DNA from: Rhina ancylostomus
Lineage: Eukaryota
Direction: 5' to 3'
Assembly (NCBI GenBank): GCA_030265395.1
Contig: JARFYF010000001.1
Span: 110,133,632-110,197,631 of the forward strand
Length of the DNA stretch: 64,000 bases
Shown here: positions 39,263-53,329 of the stretch, piece by piece
Layout of the letters: each line of letters begins with the position of its first letter
Position numbering within the stretch: the stretch's first letter is position 1
The notes under the pieces: model-generated
What the model was told of the DNA's origin: nothing
Databases searched by the model: none
The model's input: the letters and a program-made list of their open reading frames with translations, nothing else
Translations under genes and position numbers: made by a program

Positions 39263-39572
39263 AGGCGTGCTAGAAGAATGGGTGTACCACGTTTTTGGGA
39301 CATATTTATCCGGTCAGCATCCCTTGGTTCAAGAGGCAGCTGGGGGTCCCGGATGCTTTAAAGGGACAGGCTGGGATCTATAGAGGGATCAGATACTTTG
39401 AGTGATCAGAGATACAACAGCTCTTCTGGATCCCTCCTCTTACCACGCTTTTTCTTTTTGTGTAGATTTAAACCGAGGCCTTACTGCAAAGTCACCAGAG
39501 GATCGAAGCAAACCCGATTCCGCGTTTTTTTTACTTATTTATCGCAAATTTGCTATTTGAACCAACTTTAGC

Positions 39573-39669
39573 ATGATGTCGTATCTCAAGCAACCTCCAT
39601 ACACAGTGAATGGGCTGAGCCTCACTACATCGGGTATGGATCTGCTTCACCCTTCAGTCGGATATCCCT
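39573..39669 (+). CDS. otx2: Otx2 coding exon 1 ([32 protein letters not shown] + 1 nt); exon probably starts at acceptor 39466
   Basis: Canonical Otx2 N-terminus; donor gtgagt at 39670; polypyrimidine tract and AG ending at 39465. Confidence 0.97.
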
Positions 39670-40129
39670 GTGAGTATCGTTTTACTTTTAGCTTCAATCT
39701 CTGAAAACAAACTTCAAGACTTGGCAAGACTTCACCTTGCCATAGAGCGTCACACAAAATTGAAGACTCTTTCACTAAAGTATATCGGCGTGTTGTTTAA
39801 CTGAGATTTCTTGATGCAGTGCTGAGAAGCAAACACATTCTCACAAGCCATTTTCCTGAAAACAATGTTTCGTCACAGTATAAAACTTTGTGCGAGATTA
39901 CACTGCCTTTGTGAAACTTTCCCGCGTCCTAACTGGCCGGATCCTTCTTTCAGCGGCAAACATTAAAGCGAGAATGGCGTTAGTTGTAGAAAAGAAATGA
40001 AGTATAAAGCGGTTTGCCTGCAGAGTGTGGGGGGGGGGGGGAGTGAGTGGGGGGGGGGGCAGGTTNNNNNNNNNNGCCACGGTGGGGGGGGATCGTCCCC
40101 TGAGCTTATTGTGAAGTTCCCAGTACTAG

Positions 40130-40321
<192 letters not shown>

Positions 40322-40943
40322 CANNNNNNNNNNNNNNNNNNNNNNNNNNNNNNNNNNNNNNNNNNNNNNNNNNNNNNNNNNNNNNNNNNNNNNNNNNNNN
40401 NNNNNNNNNNNNNNNNNNNNNNNNNNNNNNNNNNNNNNNNNNNNNNNNNNNNNNNNNNNNNNNNNNNNNNNNNNNNNNNNNNNNNNTGCGCTTTTCTGAA
40501 AGGGATTGATGCTGAACGGCCGTAAACTCGGCGAGATCATTTTAAAAGACCAATGTTGTGTTGCGAGATTTCAACCTGTAAATGTAATCATTCGGGGGTA
40601 AAGTTATATAGGAACATTTCCCGCTTTGCGTAAGGAAAGGGGAACTGATTAAGAGTTCCAAGAAAAAAATAAGTGATGCAAGAGAGCCAAGAAAAAAAAA
40701 TCCTGGTTTGTAGATTTTTGTTCTGAAGACTATGGTCAATAACAATGACAAGAAATGTTGTTTATCGGGAACCAGTTACTTCAACGGCGTGTTCCTCTGT
40801 GCAGACACAATCAGGGGTATTTTTAAATAGAACACTGCAGTCATTTGAAATCTCGTTTATCCCTCGTTACTCCATTAACTTCACGTTTGTTTCGGTAAAG
40901 ACTTTTTTTTGGCTACGGTTGAACGTGTTCTCCTGTTTTTAAG

Positions 40944-41567
40944 GTGTGGTTCAAAAACCGTCGAGCGAAGTGCCGCCAACAACAGCAACAGCAGCAGAAT
41001 GGAGGGCAGCATAAAGTCCGGCCAACGAAGAAGAAGAGCTCTCCTGCCCGGGAGCTGGGCTCGGAGAGCGCGGCCGGCGGCCAATTCACGCCGCCTTCCA
41101 GCACCTCGGTGACGGCCATATCGAGCAGCACCGCCCCAGTGTCAATTTGGAGCCCCGCGTCCATCTCTCCCATCGCTCCCGATTGCCTCTCCACGTCCTC
41201 GTCCTGCATGCAGCGTTCCTACCCCATGACCTACACCCAGGCCTCGGGTTACACGCAGGGATATGCCGGATCCACGTCCTACTTTGGGGGAATGGACTGC
41301 GGCTCGTACCTGTCCCCGATGCACCACCAGCTCCCCGCCCCAGGCACGGCGCTCAGTCCCATGGGCACAAACGCGGTCACTGCAGGCCACCTCAACCAGT
41401 CTCCGGCCTCCCTCTCTGCCCAAGGCTACCCAGCCGGCGGATTAGGTTTTAATTCTACCGATTGCTTGGATTATAAAGACCAGACAGCATCATGGAAACT
41501 CAACTTCAACGCTGACTGCTTGGATTACAAAGATCAAACGTCCTCGTGGAAGTTCCAAGTTTTGTGA
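40944..41567 (+). CDS. otx2: Otx2 coding exon 3 ([10 protein letters not shown]50 helix, poly-Q, SIWSPA motif, duplicated Otx tail [11 protein letters not shown], stop)
   Basis: ORF 40944-41567; spliced CDS 97+152+624 = 873 nt = 290 aa. Lacks the His-rich insert of Otx1; the Y/G-rich region and tail fit Otx2. Confidence 0.98.
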   Translation: MWFKNRRAKCRQQQQQQQNGGQHKVRPTKKKSSPARELGSESAAGGQFTPPSSTSVTAISSSTAPVSIWSPASISPIAPDCLSTSSSCMQRSYPMTYTQASGYTQGYAGSTSYFGGMDCGSYLSPMHHQLPAPGTALSPMGTNAVTAGHLNQSPASLSAQGYPAGGLGFNSTDCLDYKDQTASWKLNFNADCLDYKDQTSSWKFQVL

Positions 41568-42330
41568 AGTGCTCGGACTCTGTTTGTAACTGGACAAGTC
41601 ATTCCAATGTTAGATCTTCGGAATGGAGAGCGCGAAACGTCATCGTTCCAGTTCTTGTAGCCAACTCTGGAGGTTAAACACTTTGGAATGGACAGGACAA
41701 TATTTGTGATCATTCCAATATTAGCCATTTTTTAGGTTGGCGTTTAAAGACATAAAGGACCATCAGGGCTGTGTGAATTGTGCGATGGGTTGTCACAGAT
41801 GCACTACTTTATTTAAAAAAATGTTTATTAGGGTTCCATATGTAGTCCTGAGAGACAATCAGTGTGCGTCTTATATCAGTGGTACATCTGTGTTTTTATT
41901 TGTGTTAGACTCAAAACAAGTATGATCTGCTGTACTGTATGCAAGTATGTGAAACGCTTGATGCTGTTGAACAAAAGAGGCGGGCTGGTGTTGGGGTGGG
42001 GGTGATGGTGGTGCTTCTGCTGTTCTAAAATGGAGCCAAATTCTGCTGGAAAAATTGCCCACCATTGTTTGAAACGAGCGCCTTCAAACATAAACTGAAC
42101 TGTGACTTCGTGATTCTGACTACAAACTTCACATGGACGCTAAAGCTCTGTCACACTGATGCCAATATCTTAAAATATGATCAGTTGTATTGATCCCATT
42201 GAGGATCAGGTATTCAGAAATTAGCTCTATTGTTTGCAGATGTTAATAGAGTAATGTTATATATGCATAAACGTTAACCATACTGGAGTCGACAGATTCG
42301 TATGGCTACATTAAAGTCATTCTAGCACAA
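41568..42330 (+). other. otx2: otx2 3' UTR with conserved-looking blocks
   Basis: 41763-41944 and 42234-42330 resemble the human OTX2 3' UTR as recalled. Confidence 0.7.
42310..42315 (+). terminator. Probable poly(A) signal ATTAAA, cleavage near 42330
   Basis: ATTAAA followed 15 nt later by ..gcacaa and a T/GT-rich tract (ttttgatttgtctt). Confidence 0.65.
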
Positions 42331-45065
42331 TTTTGATTTGTCTTCCACGGTTCAATCTTAAACAATATCCGATAAAATAGAAATCATGCAGCTTGATAGC
42401 ACTTACAATGAGTGTATACAAAACTGCGCGACTTCGAGTCTGCCATTAGGGTCCATTAGTTTACCAAATAATGTCTGTTCAGGTAATCTCACACCTTTTT
42501 TCCTCTGCACTCTTCCATCCCCCGCAATACCCCACCCCTATATTCCCATCATAAAACATAAGGGTGAGAATGTGCTTTATAGCTTGCAGCCAGTCTGTTA
42601 TATTGGAGTGGCGAAAATTTGCACTGTACCAGGTCTTTTTTCATTTTTGTTTTCCATTGTAGAGGCACAGATATAAGCTGTCTGTTTATAAGTTTTAAAA
42701 CGAGAGGAAAACAAATTCTTGTAGCAAATGATGCACAGAGAATGCCTGAATTAGAGTGTGTATATATATTTATATATGTTATACATACTCCAACCTGCAA
42801 CTTCGGAAGCTAAACAGACGCTAGGCGCTTTACTTGTCTATTTTCCTTGAAAGTTCTGAAATTTTATCGATTTTTTATGTACAGGATACTTTTGTAATTA
42901 GTATTTCTTATTATGTAAAAAAGGACGGGCTTTGATCTGGAAACCAGTCTCTACAACATACTTTCCTTTTTATTAGGTATTGTAAGTGTTTTCAATGTAA
43001 ATGTAGGTAAGGTAAAATGATTCATAAATTGTGCTTTTTACAAGTGATTTTTTTTGTCCATTTCAGATATTTATTGTCCAACTAATTCATATAAATATTC
43101 GGTTATGTACAGTGTTTATTTTATGATAGATAAAAAGGTCTTGTGAAATTTCGATCATTTCTTTATAATAAATATCACTTTTGCTGCTAAACTGGTTAAT
43201 GATAACTCCCCATGTCCATTCTCCGAGTAGATCCAGAAACTGTGTCCCAGCCATTATTTTGTTACTCTCCTGATGAAGGGGGCTTTATAGTGTGACCTCC
43301 GTGTGCTATACTTCCTAACATGTAGACACTTCCCAACATGTACACTTCCTAACAATACAGACTACTAACTTCAGTCTTGATTTACATTATGGTGACATGA
43401 GATGTCTAACCATCTCAAGTGTCTGAATGCAAGCAATGTAATTTGACGCAAAATCTCGTTCAAACAAAATGATAAACATTGATGTACTTCCTATCATGGA
43501 TCAAAATTATATCTATGCAGTACACTGTCCATACCGTTTTAAAAAGTGTGCATCAAGCCAAATGTCAGTCTTCACATTTCCTGTCCAAGAGCACAGCACT
43601 TCGTTTGGTGCAAGCATTCCCAAAATGGGCAAGGGATTAGCGAGCTTGCTGGTATATTCAGAAAGTGTACAGCCGTTAAACCAATTCTTCCTTCGCCGGC
43701 AATTTCACTTTAGGCTGTTTCAAAATTCATTGTTTGCATCAGAGCGCCAGTAATTCTCCTTGAAGTAACTATATTCCAATATCTCATCTTAAGGATTTGA
43801 AACATGTGGAACACCTTTCGTTCTCTGAAAAGATGGCATTGCACACCAGTCTTTTTATTAATTTGCTTTCCAACATACAAAATAATGATTCGGGCATGGA
43901 GCTCGGATACGAATAAGGTCATGACCTTTACTTATTACCACACATTCTACAGTTAGAAGTCAAAGCAAATCGAACTGATTATAATTGTACTTCATTAAAG
44001 AACACTTCTCGGCCTCTTTTACAAGTCTAGGTCTATAAAGTACAACTTTTTCCCCTCCGATTCCTGACCAGTTAACTCAAAACGTTCCTTTTTGATTTCA
44101 TCTGTTTCATCGTCATCCTCTCGGGGGGAAAAAGACTGGCTGATTAATTCAACATTAACACGAAAGCTGAACACTAGAAATGAAGCATAGAGAGCCCTAC
44201 AACTTTAAACACTTCTGCACACATACATAGTTAATAAACATTCTCTCGTCAGTTCGGAGCCCCTTCTGAATCAACTCAATTGGTGCATGTGGAATTGTGG
44301 CACTCTCAGTTGTAGCTTTAGGTTTAAGATGGCTCTCGCAGTCGTTGGAATCAGAAAAACGTGTTTAATTCATAGAAAGTTTCTTATAAATAATTGTCAA
44401 GAGCCTGGCATTCAATTAATAATATTTACAATATCGGGCCACCTTTATATAACAGCAGCAACAATTGCCTCTCTGGGCCAGACATACGAAGCCCACATTG
44501 AGTTTACATTGCTAATTAGTATTAAACAAAACAGTTTTTTTGATAGAACGAAATTACATAGATCATAGAATGTACTTTCGCGGGATCAGACTGTTCTCTC
44601 ATCATCCTTCTGATCTCTCGACCTGCCCCGTTTGCACGTTCCTCTTCTCAAACGCTTGTCTGCTTACTTTTCGGAACAACGTGGATTCTGCAACAGCCAA
44701 CCCTGAGATAAAGAGCTGGAAATTGTGGCCACCTTTTGTATGACATTTCCCAATCTCCACCCTTCCCGCCCCCTTACCCCCGCATCGGTACATGCTTGTG
44801 TCGCCGTTCCTATGATTGAATGGTGGCCAGGCTTTAAGAGAATGGTGTGGGGCAGGTAAGTTTCTCTGTGTCCGTGCCTGTCTGTCTCTTCCCTGCACCC
44901 CCACCCCCACCCCTCCCCGCCGCAAGCACTCGCACTCCAATATATATTTGTAAAGGCGTTTGTATCTACTTCTGGGGTTTAAGACTGTCTTTCTTTTTAA
45001 CTGTATCATATCAGCTGTGCCCGACTTCCGGTTCCCTTTCGGCTTGAAACCTACAGCTCCGAAGT

Positions 45066-45135
45066 GTACAACAACAACCTGCATTTAGATAGCACTCGTA
45101 GAGTAAGAAAATATCCCCCAAGGCGCTTCATTTGG
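45066..45135 (-). mobile_element. L2-type 3' tail relic
   Basis: acaacaacctgcatttagatagcact...cccaaggcgcttca is the reverse of the tail type seen at ~31620. Confidence 0.5.
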
Positions 45136-48100
45136 ACGCTTGAATTTAGAAATCGCCATGACCAGAATCTTTTGCCTTTAACCTACTGGTTCTTCGTTGC
45201 ATACTTGACCTGCGAGATTGGCAACTTGGACATAAAATTTGCAGAAGGAATGATGTAATCCAAAATTATATGGTTAAAGTTTATAAATTAGCATTTACCT
45301 CAAGATAAAACCCATTGGTGTTGGCACAATGAGTCTTTGCAACTTGCAACCTGGTGCAATCAATAAAAGTGGGATCGTAGACATTTGATCTTTGTTCTGT
45401 TGTATCTAATAAAACAAATACACAAAACATTAAAGAATTTAAAATCATTTTTACAACGTTTTGAATATTTTGCTAAGTTTGAAAATAAGTATTTCAACAC
45501 CTATGATAAGCAGACCGTGGACATGGATTCTTTAGCTGGAACTGAACTCATTGCCTTTGGCAGGATCAGGTGTGGACATCCAGAAGCTGATGACCAAGTA
45601 CCACACAAAGTTAATATATGTATCTATGTAGACACACTGGATACCACAACTTTCCTGCATTTTGCACGGATGACTGCTCTCGCGAGGCACAAACAGTTTT
45701 ATACATTCGACGTGGGGCAATGTTCACTTAGTATTTATTTATCTTTATCCGAATCAGATTATTTCAGTCTATACAGAAATGTTCACTTTTTCAGATATAT
45801 TTCCGTTATTTAGCAGATATCACTTTTACTGAAATATTTTAAGAAACTTTGCGGAATATTTCGTAATGAAGCGTTCAGCTTTTTATGCAAGCAAACGCAA
45901 CCCCTGAGAAACTACGGGCTGTATATTTAATGAAGTTAGCGCAACAATTTATTCTTATTTTGGCTGCCTTTACATGAATAATCACATCTTATGTCTTATA
46001 CAATGTGTGATCAAACTGTGCTAACATTTTGCAGAAGATTCATCGTTGCGAACGACGACAGTGAAAGTAATTGGACCAACAGTCGGAGTGCTGTCTTTAC
46101 ATGCATGTGATCTCAGCAATTCCAGCAAACTAACGTTAACTTAGAACAGCATCCCGTTCAAGAGAGTTATCCACCGATCAGTCAGCGCAAATACCCAGCA
46201 GGAGAGGCCAGTGACACTACAAGGGAAGATAGAAAGGGCTCTGAAGGAACAGAAAAGCAAAATGACAGCCAAGGTAAAAATTAAGCTTTTTTTAAGTGGA
46301 GTTAAAAAATTTAATCTCCATTTTCTGTCGGTGCGTTGGGGACTAAAAGGGCCAAATTAACAAAGATTTAACTGAGTTCCTATCCCCATACTACAGAACC
46401 CCCAAATCGCCCCAAAAACATGTATCATGGAATCTGGAATCGAAGTGTCGCTTTGCCTCTCCAGTTGATCGGTAATAATCCAGCGATTCTCGCACATCCA
46501 ATTCATTGGAGAAATGGCAGTGTAATCTTGAGTTCAAAGTGCACAATCACCGAAACATTCGCAGGTATGTCCCACCGTTGCCTTGCCGTTGTCATTCATA
46601 GACTGCATTGAAATGACAGGGAAGTGTAATGTCTGATAGAAACTCAGTGCACATCGTACTAAAGGAATTATTTGTCCCATGTCTATTTGGAGGGCAGCAC
46701 GCTGGAGCTACCGTTCGATAACCTATTCGGATGTCATTGCTGTCCTTCCACTGGAGGTCAACGCCGCATGGTTAGAAAAAAAAATCAGATTGTGGCGCAG
46801 AATAAGAAATGATATCTAAAAGGTNNNNNNNNNNNNNNNNNNNNNNNNNNNNNNNNNNNNNNNNNNNNNNNNNNNNNNNNNNNNNNNNNNNNNNNNNNNN
46901 NNNNNNNNNNNNNNNNNNNNNNNNATGGTTAGAAAAAAAAATCAGATTGTAGCGCAGAATAAGAAATGATATCTAAAAGGTGAGTTCACCCCTCCCAGCT
47001 ATTGAAGTTGTCATTCAGTGACAAAAGCAGACACTACAAGCGGAAAGGCAGACATGAATGGACAGCGCGCGCACATCAGGACCCGACACGTTTGTGGTGG
47101 AAACAAAGATCCGCACAAAATAAAACATTCCGAGAACGCTGAAGTTCAGTTGCTCCTGTGAAAAACGCAATGAAAATGAACCGCAAATCAATTTACATTC
47201 TTAAAAACAAGAATAGCAAATTGCGGTTAAAAGTTCGACTTTTTAAAAAAATCAATTCTGTTTATGATAAAATGGAAGGGTTGCCCAAAATCTATCATCT
47301 CATTCACCTTTTCAATAAGCCACTTTGCGAATTAAACATTTCTTAAGTAGTCACGTCTGTTAACCCAGACGGCGGCAGGATAACTCCTTTAATCTTAGAT
47401 TTTCCGAATATTCGATGTTATCTCTGCAATCACATTAGTACGCAAGTATCCGCCTGATGCATTGGGATACGTGCACGGTGCTTATAGTTAATACTGGCAT
47501 CTCTTGGCATGTGTAGGTGCCTTGCCGCACCGCACACAAGAGCGCCTAATGGGAGATGTATTCACGCACATTATGTAAACATGTCATCACGCTTCAAATC
47601 TTGTCTAAATTTTATGCAAAATTACGATATTTGTGAATTTTGAAATGATACTTGGTCAAATTATGAATGTGTATTTAAAGTAAATATAATTCCGTTTTTG
47701 TGACCCAGCCAAATTCGACAAATTTGACATTTCGACTCAAAACACATCAACTGCTTTTGGACATTTTCGCTTAATCGGGAAACGAATATTTCAACATTTT
47801 TATTTGCATGAACGTGATTAACAATCCCGTTCCTCCTCTTCCTCGGCACAGCGAGGAAGGAGACTGCAATGGTCGATGGGTTGTAGCTGAGTGCGCTTCA
47901 GATCGCAGGGCACCAAAGCTCTCCACTATCCAATTCCCGTCCCGGTCCTCCCATCCCGCCACAACTCGCATCCCCATCCGAGTCAGAAAACTCTAACTCA
48001 GCTGTCTGATGATCAGCGTTACCTCCGGAATCAATCTCCGTCACCACAGCTCGAAAGAAACCGACACATCTGGGGAACGACGTGGATATTGTTAACTTGT

Positions 48101-51100
48101 TGACCTCAGGTCACCGAAATTTCCCGGACTAAAACCCTATGCAGTAGCACATGATATCTATCATTTTTATCCAACAATATTTTCTAATTTGTTTAATAAA
48201 TGTGAATATTTCTATATTTACAAAGAAGTATCGCGGTTTAAATTTCAACCGCGCCTGCAATGAACAGCTCCAGTCCACCAACAAGTTAACAACCTGGACA
48301 GCAGGAACTTACTGTATTTCTTCACGTTTCCATAGCTTTAACAGTTGAGTATCAGAATGAAACTATTAGGCATTGGAATGTTAGTCATCCCCAATTCTAA
48401 AACCACACAAGACTAATCGGACCTCTTATTCTGAAATGAATTCATTAGTCCAAAATATATCGCCGTCCATATTTAGGGGTAGAAATGCGTTAATTCTAAC
48501 TAAACAAATATCTTTATTCGTTGTGGGGCTTTGATTCATTGCTGGTTTGTTCAAATTCCGACACCATTTTACCGTTTATAAATGCAAACTAAATTCGTAG
48601 CTGATCGAATAATTGCCACGAAAAATACCGTAACAAACAAAACAACAACTCGCAGATACTGAAGTGGACATTACTTTTGGACTATTCTCCCCGCATTTTT
48701 CCAACTGCAGGACAGATCCTTACCGAAAACTTTATAGGAGAGGACGAGCCCTGCAATGGATTCTCGCCAGATGTGTTGCCTGGGAATTGCCTGATGCCAT
48801 TTTGATGTACCGCAATCTGAATCCAACATTTGAGTATTTGTTGTTCAAGTCACTTAATAGCTAAAGATATGTTACTTGTAGATGAACCGGAGAGAATGTG
48901 TTTAGGTAATAATTCTTTCAAAATACGATCGACCAACCTGAGCAAAAATAATGTATTTCACAATATATTTTATAATCTTAACATGATCAAGACAATAAAG
49001 GGCTTCTTTCGTTCTCAAGATCTGAAAATAACGCTTCCCAATCGAGTTTACGAGTTAAATGGGATGACTTGTTTTAACGTGCAATTTTATCCATATTAAT
49101 TATTTTTAATGTCCTCGTGGGTCATACCCGATATATGAGTTATTTCATTGCACCTTTTGAATTGGGATTGGTAGGCAAAGTGAACAAGGTGTAACCGGCG
49201 TGATTACAACCTTATTAGTGACTGCGATTTAACTCGACAATTCGACAGAATTTTTACTACAGTTCAGCAGAATTTTAGTATTTCCGGTAAATATGTATTT
49301 CGATTCAAATGAACATCGCGAATTACAACCTTTTAAGTAATACGGGGATGAGAAGGTTCCTCCCAGCTTCATCATGGGGAACATTCTGGGCGCAAGTGTC
49401 GACACCGGCAGGATCAGTTGGCCCCGCATAGTGCTGAGCCTTGCAGCATCATATCATTTCCAGTTAAATTTGGTCCTGCTGTAAATGCACCATTCATCGT
49501 GCATTTCCCCTAACAAATTTAATTGACTTGTCACCCTGAGTGCATTCTAACGCCTTTTACACTAACAAAGGTGTGGTGTCCCGAGCTATAATGCATCTAA
49601 AATCAACACTGATGAGGAAATAACACCTTTCTCGACAGCTGAAGTTTATCCTTGCAGACGACGGCGTTTTGCTGAATGTATTGCCCACTTAGAACAACAA
49701 CCCTCTTGGATTATCAAATCTTGGAAATTATAACACGCTCCGAAATTGACACAATACATTTACGTTCTCACTCTATGAGTTTTTTCTTAAAACGTAACCG
49801 TGGATGCAAATCGCTGTAACCTACTTTGATGCGGATTACAAGCTTCTAATGGCGTATGGTAAAATATTCTCTTTAAGCATCCAGAAAGTGGGAGTGCTTA
49901 AAAAACTGCTTTAAAACCCGCTGCTTGATTATCAGCTTATCGCAATTTAAATCTGGTGTTCTTAATCGAGCTTGGCTTTTATTTGTTGTTTGTGCCAGTG
50001 AATGCCCAGGTTTCCAAATAAACCCTGAAACTGGAAAGTAAATTTTGTTTTCCTAGGAAGGTTTGAGATTCAAGCTGTTAAGCTTTAGCTATTAAAATGG
50101 GATTCGGAGTTCCATCCATAAAACAGCAAACAACGATTACACGGAATGCCTGCTGTTATACAATGTTGTTTGTACCAATGGCAGTGTTCTGTGCACGAAT
50201 ACAAAGATGGATTCAACAGAAGTATATTTTAACCATCTTGATTGAAATATAAAGCACGAGCCGGATAAACCATGCGGTATAACACATTTCCTTGAAATAT
50301 ATCATTGCTTGATCTCTATTTAACCCGGCATTCGGCGTAAATCGATATTTTTCTAATTATGCCGTTGATCAATGCTATTNNNNNNNNNNCTATTTGGTTA
50401 CCAAATGTTAAATTAAGAACCACATTAAATCATGGATTCCTCTTGTTAAAGTTTGAATAAGAAGGACTCCGCTATTTTCTTGAGGGAACATATAATTTTC
50501 CTCATATGGTCTGCGTTTATTATTGCGACATAGTTGACAGATGGAAACATTCGCCCAGTTATACAACCAACAGATATGAAACAAATGAAACAGGTTTAAC
50601 ACGTACTCTAATTCCTATTAATTGGATTGATAATCTTTAGATCATTCAAAAAAATAGATTCGATTTAAATGAGTCACTGTAGCCAATGCAAAGTACTCAC
50701 TACACAGTTTGAAGTAATTTAGTAAACATCAGATTATTTTCCTTATATCGAATTTTACAAGAAAACCTGCGATATCTGGTGTGAGATGGTGCAGTCTTTG
50801 TGCATTTGAAGGATTGGATGTTTCGGAGCAGTAAATCTGTGAGGATTGGGAGGTTTGTTTCTGCAGCATATTCCGCAGAGACACTTCATTAACCCAATTA
50901 GGCAGGTGGATGGAGAGGGGCTCCGATCATTTACACCTTGCTAATGAAGTGTGCGACTCCTAATCTCCTTCAAACAAGATACAATCATGAAATGCTGCTC
51001 TATAAAAGAGAAATTAATTAGGTGGAACTATAGGATTAGAGCACAGGCGCTCCCCAAAACCCAGAGTAACCTGCCTTGTTGCTTTTTGCCTTAATTCCAT

Positions 51101-53329
51101 AGGCAACATTTGCGGAAGAACTTGACGCGGATCTCTTGTATTTATGCTTGAACTCTTTAAAAAATAACCCGGCTTAGGTGTGCATGCCTATAATATGTAA
51201 CGTGCCCATATCTCTTCACCATGTATGTGAATCTTGTCCAAGCAATTGTGAAGTTGTGCATTTTAAAAGTACCACAACAGACTGTAGTATATCGGAATTT
51301 CATTATACTCATAATTAAAAAGCAAATTTGCAATTTACATTTGCCTTTCTGCCTACAATAAAATACTTCGAATGAAGAACTAGGACTGAAATATCGGAGT
51401 GAAATACTAGGAGTGAAATATCGGGCTATTCTTGAAGGAGATTATTACAAAACATTGCGTTGTATTATATAATACAGGTGATTACAAATTGATTTAGGCT
51501 TATCGTTTGAAATGTTGCTATACTATGTTTTTATTTCTATTTTATCAGTATTGTTTTAACCCACAGGAATAAAAATATTGCAGAGGAAGTGGGATACATT
51601 TCCAGAGTGAAAATACCTAAAATGCAAGATTATAAAATGGACGCGAATGATTACCACAGATTTGTAATGGAGATAAATCTGGCAAAATTTTCACTTGTCC
51701 CATTCTGCATTGAGAAATGTTGCATCAGAACTTTTGTAAAATTATGTTATGGTGTTGCCATTAATTCTATTTTGAATTGTTACATTATTGTAATTTTTAA
51801 AACACCTGTCAAAATTATGTAATATATTTTCTCAGAACATTTTCATAATAATGTTAATTTAAAATCCACATACAGTTTTTTCAGCTTTCTTGGTATAAAT
51901 TACAAATCATCGTTTTTTGAAGATATTTTATTGCCTAAAACAGAGAAATGGTTTGGATATTGCAAAGGATATTCAAGCTCATGGTCACAACAAAAATGAA
52001 TATAAATATTAATTCAGATATAATTTAGGTGAATTACAGAAATTCCATATGAAGATCAAGAAAAATATAACCAGGGAGAAAAGAGTTACTTATTGCTAAA
52101 CAACTGCAGTCTCTCTTAGTCAGTGTTATTTCTAATATATGTCTGGTATACCTCTGTTGAGTAGGCATTTTCAATAAAATGTTGGTGATGTTAAAGCAAC
52201 AAAGAGCTACCAGAAAGATAATTAAATGATGACTTCTGTTCATTGCAACAATGATTTTTTTTTAGCACCTTTTAAATTTGGAGAGAAATCTTTCAATGAT
52301 TTTCAATCAATTTGGCACATATATAAATATTGTGAGGTGCTTGTATGCTGCTCTTTCAGTTACTAATTTTATTGAAAAAAATCATGTAACAGTGGCGTTA
52401 CTTTTAAGCTTTTATTGTTAAATTAAATATTTTAAAGTTGATAATAATAAATTACCCGGAAGTTTGAAAACCCTATGTAGTCTGCTTTGAATCCCAATTG
52501 AGCATCAAAGAGACAGATGGATAGGAAGCAAAAATATTATTTGTGAAAAGGTAGATTATTCAGAGAGCAACTCAAACCACACCATTTTCAGAAGCTATTA
52601 AGGCCATATTTTCAGCTCATCATATTCCACCCAAGTCAAAGTCTATGAATAATGTTTGGTCCAGTCTGCTTAGAATACTAACCATCCTGCCAAGAACACT
52701 ACTAGTATGCATGATAGTGATGGCTGCAGAAATCATTTGGAAAAATGAGGGGAGAATTAAGATGATATTGATGATTTCAAAAAAGCAGACTATTAAGAGA
52801 AAGGAATCCTTTTCTGTTCATAAACGTTGTTTTAGGCAGTGGAGAATTTAGCACCACATAATGAACTCTGCCACTCTCATCAAAGTTATATAAACACCTC
52901 ATGCAGCTTAAACTTTCCACAGGGAAGGAGGTGACATATAACGTAGCAAACACATTCTGTATACACAAGAATATATAATTGATGTAAGTTGTAATATTAT
53001 TCTTGGTGAATGGAACTGACACAAAAACTTAAACTGAAACATTGACTTTTGATGACTGTCCTGTGATGAAATTGAATTCCAAGTCTCTTTGGAATATAGA
53101 GACAAAAATGTTAGACATTCATTTCAAAGTTTCCATTGCACTCTTGCTCTCCAAATGGCAGCTCTCTTTTGATGTCATCCCTGCCATTCAGAATCAAGTC
53201 TTCAGTCAATTTGCCTTATGCCACGTGATATCAACATTCAGCTGAGTACACATGAAACAGCAGAGGCTATTGGCGCCAGCAACATTCCAGCTGCTGAGAT
53301 GATAACGTGTTCCAGATCTCAAACCACCT

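Noticed and set aside
39468-39480. ttaaaccgaggcc in the otx2 5' UTR resembling the DeuSINE core
   Set aside because: Only about 13 nt with no flanking similarity; chance match.
40881-41452. Overlapping antisense and alternative-frame ORFs over otx2 exon 3
   Set aside because: Expected shadow ORFs of a GC-rich coding exon.
46768-46981. 57-bp direct repeat flanking the 100-N gap 46825-46924 (one G/A difference)
   Set aside because: Typical unmerged contig overlap, possibly two haplotypes; shorter examples flank gaps 53643-53742 and 59560-59659.
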